Assembly (NCBI GenBank): GCA_004764695.1
Contig: SMSO01000032.1
Coordinates: forward strand, 2,294,001 to 2,358,000
DNA from: Schizochytrium sp. TIO01
Lineage: Eukaryota; Protista; Bigyra: Labyrinthulomycetes
Length of the DNA stretch: 64,000 bases
Reading direction: 5' to 3'
A program made the position numbers and the translations under genes. The notes under the pieces are model-generated. The model did no database searches. It was not told where the DNA came from and worked only from the letters and a program-made list of their open reading frames with translations. Position 1 is the stretch's first letter; every line of letters begins with the position of its first letter. Positions 43,465 through 53,854 of the stretch are shown one piece after another.

Positions 43465-44949
43465 ATGCTGCGCGGTCTAGCCCTGGAAGAGGCTGCATCG
43501 TTGCTATGTCGGTGCGAGATTAACCGCGTTCTTACTGAGCAGCATGTTACTTTGAAAACTGAGCCCATGAGTGACATCCCAGTGTCCAAGTCAGGTGTGG
43601 AGGTTAGCACGGTGCCAGGAGGGGGCAACAATTCTTCTGAAAGGTCAAGGAAACGCAGGAAAACCAATGGGGAATGCGATCGTGACAAGGACCTTAGCGG
43701 AAGCAAAAGTAGCAAAACGAATGACATACACAAAGACATTGACCATGATAGTAGTAGCAAAGATAGTGTTGACTGCAATGACGAAAACTACAACAGCGAT
43801 GATGATAGTGACAATGAACATGACAATGGCAAAAAAGGTGAGGCTGTGCACGCAAAATTACATCCTCAAGGCACCACTGATGTGCAAGTTGGCGAGGGTA
43901 AAAGTGTAGAGAGGGATCTTCTAGAGATAGCTATTATCTGGCCTGCTCGGGACTCGTCGAACAGTGAACAGCTGCATCAAAATCAAGGCGGTTGTGAGTC
44001 AAAAATTGACAGCGCACTTGATTCTGGGCTTGCCTCACCAAGGTTGGCCCCATTGCTTCCTATTGAAACTGTGGAAAAAATGCAAGTGCGATTGAAATGC
44101 ACAGCATGCAAACACACTGTTGTTCCATGTGCATGTTGTAGGAGGGCACTCATTCCAGTTAATGATAAAGCAGCCACTCTAGAGGCCTGTGGACTGTGCG
44201 GATTTATTGAAGTTTTTGATTCTCAGCTGCGCCAGGACCTAAATCTATATCCGTATGACATTTTAACAAGATCCAAGGATGAAATTCGCTGGATTCAGTC
44301 CTGCCGAAGTCGACTTGGGTTTGCTGCGAAACTCAAGTCCCTTTGGAGAATTAAGGGAACTGAGTTACAGGTGATTGCTAATGAAAAAAAACCTGCTGAA
44401 CCTCGTTTAGAACGTGAGTTCATGCTATATCGAGAACTTATACTGGCCCTGTCAAATCCTCGCCAGCGACGAGCAGATACCCACCTCTCTCTAACAATTC
44501 GTCCTCCACGACGCTCACTTGAGGAAAGCTTACAGGAGTTGCGAGAACTAGAATCCAAGACGCAAGGGGAAACACAGTGTTCTGACGTAATAAGTATGCA
44601 CGCTCTTCCACGTGCTCGCCGCGAAGTCGAGCGAGCAGAGCAGCTTGCAGGTAAGCTTCCTGAACTCACTCAAACCCTCAGTTCATTAGAAATTGCGATC
44701 CGAACGCGACTTCAAGCAACAGAACAAAAGGAACAAAAGGGCACAGGATCAAGCTCTCGTGCAGAGAAGATCCTTCAACGCTATATGAAGACATGTTATG
44801 CGAGAGCCCTTGGAGAATACCAAGAGGCATTTTCGAAGGTTGGAAAAGCTCTTATTGCGGTGCAAGAGTTACTTCTAGATATCTTCGAGGCAACTCTACC
44901 TTTGGATATCTCTATAAACTCTAACAAGAGAGCGGGAACCCCAAAATAG
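43465..44949 (+). CDS. Uncharacterised protein with CxxC Zn-binding motifs and a helical C-terminus (start 43465 or 43567)
   Basis: 522-codon open frame (43381..44949) containing CTAC..CACC..CGLC, an NLS-like RKRRK and an acidic linker. Confidence 0.65.
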   Translation: MLRGLALEEAASLLCRCEINRVLTEQHVTLKTEPMSDIPVSKSGVEVSTVPGGGNNSSERSRKRRKTNGECDRDKDLSGSKSSKTNDIHKDIDHDSSSKDSVDCNDENYNSDDDSDNEHDNGKKGEAVHAKLHPQGTTDVQVGEGKSVERDLLEIAIIWPARDSSNSEQLHQNQGGCESKIDSALDSGLASPRLAPLLPIETVEKMQVRLKCTACKHTVVPCACCRRALIPVNDKAATLEACGLCGFIEVFDSQLRQDLNLYPYDILTRSKDEIRWIQSCRSRLGFAAKLKSLWRIKGTELQVIANEKKPAEPRLEREFMLYRELILALSNPRQRRADTHLSLTIRPPRRSLEESLQELRELESKTQGETQCSDVISMHALPRARREVERAEQLAGKLPELTQTLSSLEIAIRTRLQATEQKEQKGTGSSSRAEKILQRYMKTCYARALGEYQEAFSKVGKALIAVQELLLDIFEATLPLDISINSNKRAGTPK

Positions 44950-46953
44950 CCAGAATGTTACGCAGCGGAGCCTTGAGAGTAGTTATTCTCATCTTCAAAG
45001 AGATGAGAGTACGCTTGTTGCGCGCTTCAACTCTCAAAAACTCATTAAAGTTCTTCGTGAAATTTATTATGAACTTACTGCATGTACTATGATTCCTGTA
45101 CCTCGTCAAGGCCCCCCATCTCCACCGCCTTTATTCAAAGCCTCTCAAAAGTCTCCTATTGGAAAGGTGAAAGCTACTGCAGATTCACAAGCGGATATTG
45201 GAGGTAACGAGGAAGGCAGTTCTTATCAAGGTATTCCAGGAGCTGCTAGCCAGCTTAGCAAATATAGCCAGGAGTCTATATCAAGCAATGAGCCATACCG
45301 CTAGTCAGAGAAGCTGGTAGGCTAAGAAACTATGTGCATCCTACATTTTATCATTCAAACATATTATTAATCTTTGGCTTATTAAAAAAAAAGTTAACAA
45401 AACTAGGTATAATAAAAGACAGGGTAATATAGAACAACCTGTAGACCAAGTCCTGAATAAAAAATTTATAAATCATCCACTGATAGAATTGAATACAAAA
45501 TACTTACAATAATAGCCATAAAAGCTAGCGTGCATGGCAACTTGAATTGTAAAGGCACGATCAATGAGACTTCGCTTTTAATAATCTTTGTTTGTATGTT
45601 GTTCACTTTCCTACGAGCCAAGGGACAACTGTCATTGCTAGGCCACGCTGGACGGCCTTCGACAGTGCACGCAATACAACAGATAGTCACGAGCGAGCTC
45701 TGACTCGAGGTTCATTTGGGTGTCACAAAATATACACAATGTACACGAGCTGGTACAGTCCCAATTACCTCCCCAAGAACATTATTCTAAGTTAATCTTA
45801 AAGCTTGGCTTTTTCCCTTTGCTGTTTAAAAGAAAGCAGCGTGAAACAAACTCTGGCAAAGTTACATAACCTACTGCGAAGCTTGCATCACCTAGTAGTT
45901 TCCACCTTTCTGGCTAGACCTAACATATCCTTTGACAAGATTGCAGCACGTGTCTACTCATGCGAGGTAGACGTCATCGTCGTTCCATCAAAGAGGCAGC
46001 TGTCGAGATCATCAGAACTACGTCCCTTCTGAGCTTTGACTTTACAAAGCACACGCAACGGATGTCCTCGCCTCGGTCCGACAGAGCCCACTGAGTGATT
46101 GACTCACTCACTCACTGACTCCAAGACCTCATCTCCCTCAAAGCCCTCCATCGAAACGAGTTCCTCGCTAGCCTTAAGTCCAATAGCGGCCAACGAGGTG
46201 ACCGAACACGCGTTTCGGATGGGCACTCTCCCAACGCAGTCCCTGAGGAGTCAATCCGCATCTGTTATGGTGTTGCGGTCTCGAGTTCTGATTGTAGAAC
46301 TCAGCAGCACTGGTCACTCAGACCGTCTGAGGTCTTAGGAATCACTGAAGGAAGGCCCAATCGCGACGTGTCCCTATTGGTGGCGTATGAAGTGCTAGAG
46401 GGGCAATTACCAGGAGAGCGGAATGAAAGGAAGAAAGAAGGGAAGGAAGGAGGTCGTAGCGAAGCATTAGGTAATGGTAGAGGTGGCCAGAACGATGTAT
46501 TGTGATGGTCATTACATTACAATGATGATTATGGATGTTCCGAAGAGTTATTAGCTTCTGTCTACATAGTATGTACATGGGAGACTTCTGAAGAAGAAGA
46601 CCTGTGCGTCTCGGAGATCAAAACCTCAATTGAGGCTGGGTCTCGGAGCAAGCAAGCTGGCAAGGGCGAGGCCTATCAAGGAGCTGAAGGCAGAAGTGCT
46701 CTTCTTACTGCTACGTCTTGCTACTGTGGTTAGTGAAGGGTCCGCTAAGGGACAAGTTCCTAGTGAACTCAATCAGACACTAGTACGGGAAACCTGGCTT
46801 TGACGCCAAGCTTAGCAGCGAAAAGGACGAACAAAACTGAAAAGGCTAAGCCAGCAGTTCGTGGAACTTGCCTACAGCAAAATACATCTGGGAAGCAAAC
46901 CCATTTTACAGGTCTAGTTGGTTTGAAGTCTCGCACACGCCTCCTGAAGCAGA

Positions 46954-49107
46954 ATGTTGCATATTACCGATGGCGTTGTAGAACTTGCTCCTGATTTTAA
47001 GCTTGCGTACCAAGTTTGGCTGCCCGAGGGTGTTGCTTCATTGAATGACCTAGCACCGGAGCGTCGCATTCTGTCATGGCCTGGCTGGCTTGATAACTCA
47101 GGAAGTTTTGAACCAATTGCTCCGTTGTTCGCGCAACGTGGTTTTGGTGTGGTTGCCATAGACCCACCTGGTTGTGGCCGTTCTACGCACCGGGCTCAAT
47201 GCGCTTGGTATCATGATTTCGAGGAAGCTCACATGATAATGCACGTCGCTGATGTTTTAGGTTGGGCTGAACCTTTTGTGATAATGAGCCATTCACGCGG
47301 CTCAAATGTGACAATGTTTACAGCGGGCAGTTTTCCTCATCGGGTGCGTGCACTTGTGCTCTTTGAGAGTTCCCTTGGTATGGCAGGAACCTACATTTTG
47401 AACCGTAAGGAGGCTGGTCCAGTGTGGGGTGGATTTTCTACCGCCATCGATATGGATCACAAGAATCGCGCACGTGTACCCAGACGCTTCAAAGAGCTCG
47501 AAGAGGCCATCCAGCATAACTACACAAATCCTGCTTTCCCTAAGTCTCGCCAAGTTAGCGAATCCATCGTGAAGCGCCATATTGTGGATCATCCCGAGGG
47601 AGGAATTACCTTTTCACATGATGTCCGTACATATGGTCAGACTCAGTCGCGCTATATTGATGAAGAGGTGAATACGCCTTTCCTGCGCGCAACCCGTGCA
47701 CCAGTGCTCAATTTCTATGGCGCAGATTCAAGCTTAGCTCAATTTGCAATCTACGACACTGATGAAGAAGCAACTAAGGCATATCGTGAGATTTATAATT
47801 GGATTGAAGTACCAGAAAGCGTCTTTGCCCCATATGTGCGCGATGTGAGAGCACGAATGAGAGAACTCGTCGAGTTCAAGGCTGCAATCATCCCCGGTGC
47901 CCACCACCACCTTCATGGCGATGTGCCCGAAGAAGTTGCAGCTATCGCATTGCCGTGGCTTGAGGAGAGAATCTCAAAACCAATTGATACGTCTCTTCCT
48001 GAGGATTTGCGCGGCAAGGCGGGTGACCTTTGGCTTAAATCAAGTGTTGAACATCTCCTCGCGCCTATCGTGGGCAAAGAAATGCCAATGTCCGAGCTTC
48101 CAGAAGACCTTAGAGCGTCTCAAACACACGCCATCTTTGGAGAAGACATCGAGGTGGAGGTAGACGGTCTTGAACTTGGTGCCCAGAGATGGGGTAACCC
48201 TGACAGTGAAAATCGTGTCCTCGCATGGCCCGATTCCTGGGACTCGAGCGCCAGTTTTCAGCTACTAGCTCAACAAGCTGTTGCTGCTGCTCCGGATGGG
48301 GACCTCTGCGTTGTGGCTGTCGACCCTCCTGGCGTTGGTCTATCCCAGGGAGTCCCTTACGACTGGGGGTTTGGCACGTCAGAAACTGCCGCTCTCCTGC
48401 TTCGCGTGTCTGAGGCTCTTGGCTGGGAAGAAAACTTTTCCTTATGGGGTCACGGAGCAGGTGCATCGGTTGCTCTGTATGCCGCTGGAGGTGCTCCATC
48501 AAAGATCAATGCTGTTATATTATTCGATCCTCAAACACTGACCATCCCTGCAGAATGGGCACCTGCCGAGGTTTACTACTCCTATGAAGAGCGTTGCGCT
48601 GAGCCACTTACACTTCCTCACTTCAAGACTCGTGAAGAGCTAGTCTCTCGATTGCAAACTGACCCTAATTTCCCAAAGTCCATCACGACCGCTGAAGCAA
48701 TTGCAAGTCGTCTTGCTGTGCGAAGTGAAAAGGATAACTCATGGACATTGAACCTCGACTCTAGAGTTTTTCGAGTTCGCAAACCTATCCTTGAAACCCC
48801 TGCAGAGACTTACCACGACCTTCTTGCTGACATCCAGGCTCCTGTTCTTGCTATTTTCCCAACCGACAGTGCACGTGCTTATGCTGGACCAGCAAGTCAA
48901 CGCCGCCGCATTCTCACTGAGCTTGGAGCTATTCGTTCCCCCTTGACAACAGTTCGCGTAAAGGGTGGAAGTCTTGCTCACTCATGCAATGCCGAAAGTA
49001 TGTTGCCTGTGGTTCGTGATTGGGATCATCAACTTGAGTCTCTGCGCCGTCTAAACCTGGCCTCAACCAGTCGTGAGACTATGCAAGACGCTGTATCAAA
49101 GCTTTAA
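46954..49107 (+). CDS. Tandem alpha/beta-hydrolase (SERHL-like); second domain probably catalytically inactive
   Basis: Domain 1 has PGWLDNSGSF, AIDPPGCGRS, SHSRG (nucleophile) and HHHLH. Domain 2 has PDSWDSSASF, AVDPPGVGLS and GHGAG (no Ser). Confidence 0.88.
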   Translation: MLHITDGVVELAPDFKLAYQVWLPEGVASLNDLAPERRILSWPGWLDNSGSFEPIAPLFAQRGFGVVAIDPPGCGRSTHRAQCAWYHDFEEAHMIMHVADVLGWAEPFVIMSHSRGSNVTMFTAGSFPHRVRALVLFESSLGMAGTYILNRKEAGPVWGGFSTAIDMDHKNRARVPRRFKELEEAIQHNYTNPAFPKSRQVSESIVKRHIVDHPEGGITFSHDVRTYGQTQSRYIDEEVNTPFLRATRAPVLNFYGADSSLAQFAIYDTDEEATKAYREIYNWIEVPESVFAPYVRDVRARMRELVEFKAAIIPGAHHHLHGDVPEEVAAIALPWLEERISKPIDTSLPEDLRGKAGDLWLKSSVEHLLAPIVGKEMPMSELPEDLRASQTHAIFGEDIEVEVDGLELGAQRWGNPDSENRVLAWPDSWDSSASFQLLAQQAVAAAPDGDLCVVAVDPPGVGLSQGVPYDWGFGTSETAALLLRVSEALGWEENFSLWGHGAGASVALYAAGGAPSKINAVILFDPQTLTIPAEWAPAEVYYSYEERCAEPLTLPHFKTREELVSRLQTDPNFPKSITTAEAIASRLAVRSEKDNSWTLNLDSRVFRVRKPILETPAETYHDLLADIQAPVLAIFPTDSARAYAGPASQRRRILTELGAIRSPLTTVRVKGGSLAHSCNAESMLPVVRDWDHQLESLRRLNLASTSRETMQDAVSKL

Positions 49108-49467
49108 TTTTACGTAGCACAAAGCTGACTGCTATAAGTTTCCCAGATTGCATTAGAGTCATCTTCTTTATAATTATCATTTATCTTCCTATCTTGGACC
49201 TATGAAACACAGCTCATTTCTCAAGGATATATGACAAGAGAGACAGAGAGCAAGGAAAGCAAAGGAATAAAACATTTAGATTATTTAAGCAAGCATTCGA
49301 AAGGAATACTTCCTCGAGTCAGATATTTATCGTCAAAGTCAAAAAAGCGTTGTCATTGCACCATAGTCATGGGGCGCGACACGCAAAAGCATTCATGCTT
49401 TGTAAATTCAATTTAAGAATAGCAACTCTTCATAGGGGTATGGTAATCACTAAACTTTGATAAAAGG

Positions 49468-51219
49468 TTAGCGCCGTCCACGACCTTTGCCATGTCGACC
49501 TTTTCCATTAATTTTGCCAGACTTCACGTCACGGTTACGCTGTTGATTAAGCTGCTTCTCACGATTAAGGCGTTGTTGTTCAAGGCGGTCAATCTCATCT
49601 TGAGTGAGCGACTTGGTCTGTTGCTGTTGCGCACCTCCAGAAGAAGCAGGGCGATCCATGGTCTTTTCCCGGCGCTTTGACTCCTTGGTTGCAATAATAC
49701 GCAGGTCGACAGGAACCTGTTGATTACTATCCTCAAGGATCTTGAGAAGTTCTGGGGCAATCTTACTATCCTCATTCTTTAAAAAGAATGTTACAGCATG
49801 GCCATAGCGACCGGCACGACCGCAACGTCCAATGCGATGAACATAGTCTTCGATAGTCATACTCATTGTAAAGTTGACTACGAGAGATACTGCAGGCACA
49901 TCAAGACCACGAGCCGCAACATCCGTAGCCACAAGGACGCGGGACTCACCATGTTTAAAAGATCGCAAGGCTTCCTGGCGAGCCGTTTGACTCATGTCTC
50001 CGTTAAGAGCTTCTGCTTTGATGCCCGCCTCGCGGAGATCCTGAGCAAGTTTCTTTGATTCGGCCTTAAAGAGCGCAAATACGATGGCGAGGGTCTCGGG
50101 GTCTTTATTCAAAGCAGATTGAAGGACCTCTACCAAACGACGGAATCGAGGGGCGCCTTTGTGTTTGAGGACCTCTACAGTTTGTGTGACTGTTCGTGAT
50201 GCGGATAGTCCGGCGTGATCAACACCAATGAAGATGGGTTCTTCGACTGAGGAGCAAATGCGCTTTACAGTGCTCTCCATAGTTGATGTAGCCTCCCAGG
50301 TTGCACTGGTCAGGATGATACGTGGGCGCTTTGACATGAGAGCGCGAAGGCTGTGGACAGCTTCGAAGAAGCCCATGTCCAGCATTCGATCAGCCTCATC
50401 CAGGACAAACACAGAAACTTCGTCAAGGAGGATGCATTGATCCTCTGCATTACTTGTTCCTTCTTCACCAGCTTCGTCAAGTTCTGCACCAACACACAAT
50501 TGCAAAAGACGCCCAGGCGTTGCAATGATTAACTGAGGGGCGCTTTCAATAAGTTCCGCGCGTTGCTGATGAAAAGAATCGCCACCAATAGCACGTCCTA
50601 GCCTGGCTCGAATGCCCACTTCCGGATGCTTAAGGATAATTTCTGCAGCCTCAAAGGTCTGGCGTGCAAGCTCTCGAGTTGGGGATAGCACGATTGCTGA
50701 TGGAGACACCAGGCCCTTCGTGGCAATTTCGGCTGATTGCGTGGCTAATTCTGCAAGCACAGGTACCAGGAACGCCAACGTTTTGCCGGAGCCTGTCCTG
50801 GCTATAGCAATCATGTCGCGGTCCCAGGTATCAGGTGTGAGCAGAGCATGCCAGCACTGGCGCTGTACCTCTGTGGGCTTGGCCTTGGCGAAGTCTTTGA
50901 CGCCAAATGATGCGCACATGGCCTCCACAAAGCCTTCTGAAATCACATACCCAGACCTCGTCGGCGTTCCCACCAGTCCCGCAAATGTACTCATGGGGTC
51001 AACTTCAACATCGCTATAGTCTGCACCAAAGGCATTATCTCCAGAGGAAGCAGCTTGCTTCACGTCAGCCTCAGCTTCGTCTTCACTAGTATCTTCTTCT
51101 TCGTCGCTGTCATCGTCTTCGTCATCGTCGAACACAGGTTTCTTCACCACGAGACGTCGCAAGGACTCCTGCTCCGAGTCCGATGCCTCGGAGTCTGAGC
51201 TCGCAAGACCTGCAAACAT
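49468..51219 (-). CDS. DEAD-box RNA helicase, DBP3-like
   Basis: Motifs PTEVQ, ARTGSGKT, PTRELARQ, TPGRL, DEAD, SAT, TDVAARGLD and HRIGRCGRAG. IVFALFKAE and TIEDYVHRIG resemble Dbp3. Confidence 0.93.
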   Translation of the reverse strand: MFAGLASSDSEASDSEQESLRRLVVKKPVFDDDEDDDSDEEEDTSEDEAEADVKQAASSGDNAFGADYSDVEVDPMSTFAGLVGTPTRSGYVISEGFVEAMCASFGVKDFAKAKPTEVQRQCWHALLTPDTWDRDMIAIARTGSGKTLAFLVPVLAELATQSAEIATKGLVSPSAIVLSPTRELARQTFEAAEIILKHPEVGIRARLGRAIGGDSFHQQRAELIESAPQLIIATPGRLLQLCVGAELDEAGEEGTSNAEDQCILLDEVSVFVLDEADRMLDMGFFEAVHSLRALMSKRPRIILTSATWEATSTMESTVKRICSSVEEPIFIGVDHAGLSASRTVTQTVEVLKHKGAPRFRRLVEVLQSALNKDPETLAIVFALFKAESKKLAQDLREAGIKAEALNGDMSQTARQEALRSFKHGESRVLVATDVAARGLDVPAVSLVVNFTMSMTIEDYVHRIGRCGRAGRYGHAVTFFLKNEDSKIAPELLKILEDSNQQVPVDLRIIATKESKRREKTMDRPASSGGAQQQQTKSLTQDEIDRLEQQRLNREKQLNQQRNRDVKSGKINGKGRHGKGRGRR

Positions 51220-51865
51220 TTTGAATCCAACTAGCCTCGAAGTTGGTGTTTTACTAGCTTTCCAGGCTTGGTTGCCACGCGCTTCAAGGCAAGCGCCCTC
51301 AAAATGTTCTGCATTTCATTGTGAGAACTCCTCCTCTGCCACCATAAATCCCACGTAGGCCCCTTCTAGAGGATACTCCTATATCGCACATCAGGTCATG
51401 AAACTTTGCGGGACGATATATATACCTTCCTTTGTCAGCCTAAAGGTCTACCGAGCTATAATGAAAGCTGCAGCACTCTGCAAAACGCATTGCTGCAAGT
51501 TCTTATTAGCCCTCGTCAGCTCAAGACTCTCCTTTGGCACCACCTTTCTGCAGCCTCACGAGAACCGGCTCTGGCTCCGCCTCAGAATTAGCACGCACCT
51601 AACAAGCTTCTAAGCGGGCGCTTAATATTTGCGTCCACGGGATGTACTCATGAACTTCTTTATAAATCATATTCCCTCGCTCCGCGACTTTCCAAGTCCA
51701 ACTCGAGTAAGCGCAGCAAATGTCAACGGCCCGAGGAAGATCCACCCAGCGAAGAGCCATCTACCTACCCACTGCTTTACTGTCACAAGCGCATCAAATT
51801 AGGGATTTTCATGCTCCTCAAATATGGCAAGCGCGTAATCCTGTGGATACAGCTACATATTACTC

Positions 51866-51905
51866 AATGCAATGCAATGCAATGCAATGCAATGCAATGC
51901 AATGC
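51866..51905 (+). repeat. (AATGC)n microsatellite
   Basis: Direct reading. Confidence 0.9.
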
Positions 51906-52355
51906 CAGCAGTTATAATTGATCGATTCATGACGCACAGGCATTCACGTCGAGTGGAGTCGAGCCATAGCCAAACCGTCCATCCCAGCGCAAGAAGCAGC
52001 TCTTGTGAGTGGCGCAAGTAGAGCAAACGAGCGCACGGTAGCTATAATGAAGGTACGTGCCTATGAAGGTGCGTTCTCTCTCTCTTGTCAAAGAAACAGA
52101 AAGAAAGAAAGAAAGAAAGAAAGCACTGAGTGGTCAGACTTTGACTCCAGGTTCTGCCTGCTCAGGTGAGAGGTTGATAGCCCTGGGAGCGAATAAAATA
52201 CGGAGCAAGCACCTGAGTGCATACGCCTCGAGGCACTGTCGAGAATGTGCATGGCTCAGTTAGTTTACGTACTTTCCGTGGCGCGATGATAGCAATAAAT
52301 GGCGACGAGGGTTTTTTAATATTTAACACGCGAAGAAAGGAATCAGTAGTACATG

Positions 52356-52492
52356 CATACATACATACATACATACATACATACATACATACATACATAC
52401 ATACATACATACATACATACATACATACATACATACATACATACATACATACATACATACATACATACATACATACATACATACATACATAC
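52356..52492 (+). repeat. (CATA)n microsatellite, about 34 copies
   Basis: Direct reading; it is the source of the spurious MYVC/HTYI ORFs. Confidence 0.97.
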
Positions 52493-53086
52493 TTTTGAGA
52501 ATCTTTTTAGCCTAAAGTAACAACCACTCAGGTGATCTGTTCTTCTTCTTGGGCACAGAAAGAACAAAAGAAAAAGTGAATAATGAGGGAATGAATGAAT
52601 GAATGAATGAATGAATGAACGAATGAATGAAAGGAGAGTCGGAGCTCAAGCCAGTTCGCAAAACTCAAACTAGGTACGTGCGACGCGGCCCTCTGCGCGG
52701 GGCGGCGCCGGAGGGACTGGAGACTCGAGAGGGGGGACACAAGGCGTGGTTTTCCCGCCTCGTGCGGATCCCTCGCGGCGCGGGACGGCTGAGTGGAAGG
52801 GCAGAGAAGGAAGGACCTTTCTTCATCTTGTCTGGAATATGGCCGATTGTATGTATGTATGTATGTGTAGAAGAAGTTGGCTGACGAAGACGTGGAAACT
52901 CTGAACGATGACAACGGTGATGGCGATAACAATGGTGGCGAAATGCGGTTTGTAAAACTGCGGAATGTGTGTGCATCTGCAATCGCTTGTTGTTGTGGAT
53001 TTCATGCATGACAATATTGATGAATTTGCATGGGACAGACATATACCAAGTTTCTTTCTAGGTATCCTTTGTGAAAAACAAGAACT

Positions 53087-53260
53087 ATGCCCCGCGCCGG
53101 TGGAAAGAGCACTGCCCTTACGGCCAAGAAGGCCAAGGGCAAGGACAAGGTTGTCCTTGACGAGGACGTCGAGTTCAAGCAGAAGCAGAAGGAGCAGGCC
53201 AAGAAGGAGGCTGAGCTCCGTGCCAAGCTTGCCGGTGGCAAGGGTGGCAAGAAGAAGTAA
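53087..53260 (+). CDS. TMA7: Translation machinery-associated protein 7 (57 aa), with a putative 5'-UTR intron 52674-53061
   Basis: MPRAGGKSTALTAKKAKGKDKVVLDEDVEFKQKQKEQAKKEAELRAKLAGGKGGKKK*. The GGK...ED..FKQKQKE..K...L.AK pattern is TMA7-like and codon bias resembles ribosomal protein genes. Donor GTACGT at 52674 and acceptor TTTCTAG at 53061. Below the ORF-track length cutoff. Confidence 0.88.
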   Translation: MPRAGGKSTALTAKKAKGKDKVVLDEDVEFKQKQKEQAKKEAELRAKLAGGKGGKKK

Positions 53261-53854
53261 GTGAGTCGGCTTAAACGACGACAACGAAGTCTTTCTTCCC
53301 CATCGCTGCGAATCCCACAGGCCCATGCGTGAACACTTGATCAAGTGCAATCGCCTGGACAACACGCGTTGGACGGCTGCAACGCCTGATGAAGGGAACC
53401 TGCATGTAAAGTCCAATGTCTACTCCTTGAGGGTCTTTCCACTTGCTTACCCCAGTGAACTGTACTCTGCATAACAAAGTATGTGCGCTGACCGTTTTGC
53501 TTGTGACACTGCACCGTAAGAGTATAACGAATCCTTTTCTTTTTCCATTATGATGAAACATTGCCGAGCACGGACTTTCCAAGTCTTGACCAATACCTAG
53601 GCTTTTGTTTCCTGCACCTTGAACTTCTATTTCTTTCGTTGCAGAAAATTTTCATTTTCATCTTGTCGTGACCACCCATGCATCGAACAGCTTTCAACAA
53701 CTTATGTATTAGAAGTATGTAGTATATATTACTTGGAAGAGCTCTCGCTACAGTAATAATTCGTATCGAGTGTTTTAGACACTATCAACAACGACATGAG
53801 CATGAGAAAAGTCAAATCAATCGATATTAGAACAAATAGAAGTCATTACTTATA

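Noticed and set aside
52162-52567. MYVC/HTYI repeat ORFs (also at 33116-33341)
   Set aside because: They are translations of (CATA)n/(TATG)n microsatellites.
52965-53264. ORF-track 99-aa Arg-rich ORF
   Set aside because: It is the wrong frame; TMA7 is encoded at 53087..53260.
53380-53497. Box C/D snoRNA candidate (CTGATGA...CTGA) downstream of TMA7
   Set aside because: The C box lacks the leading purine, the terminal stem is out of register and no guide target was recognised.
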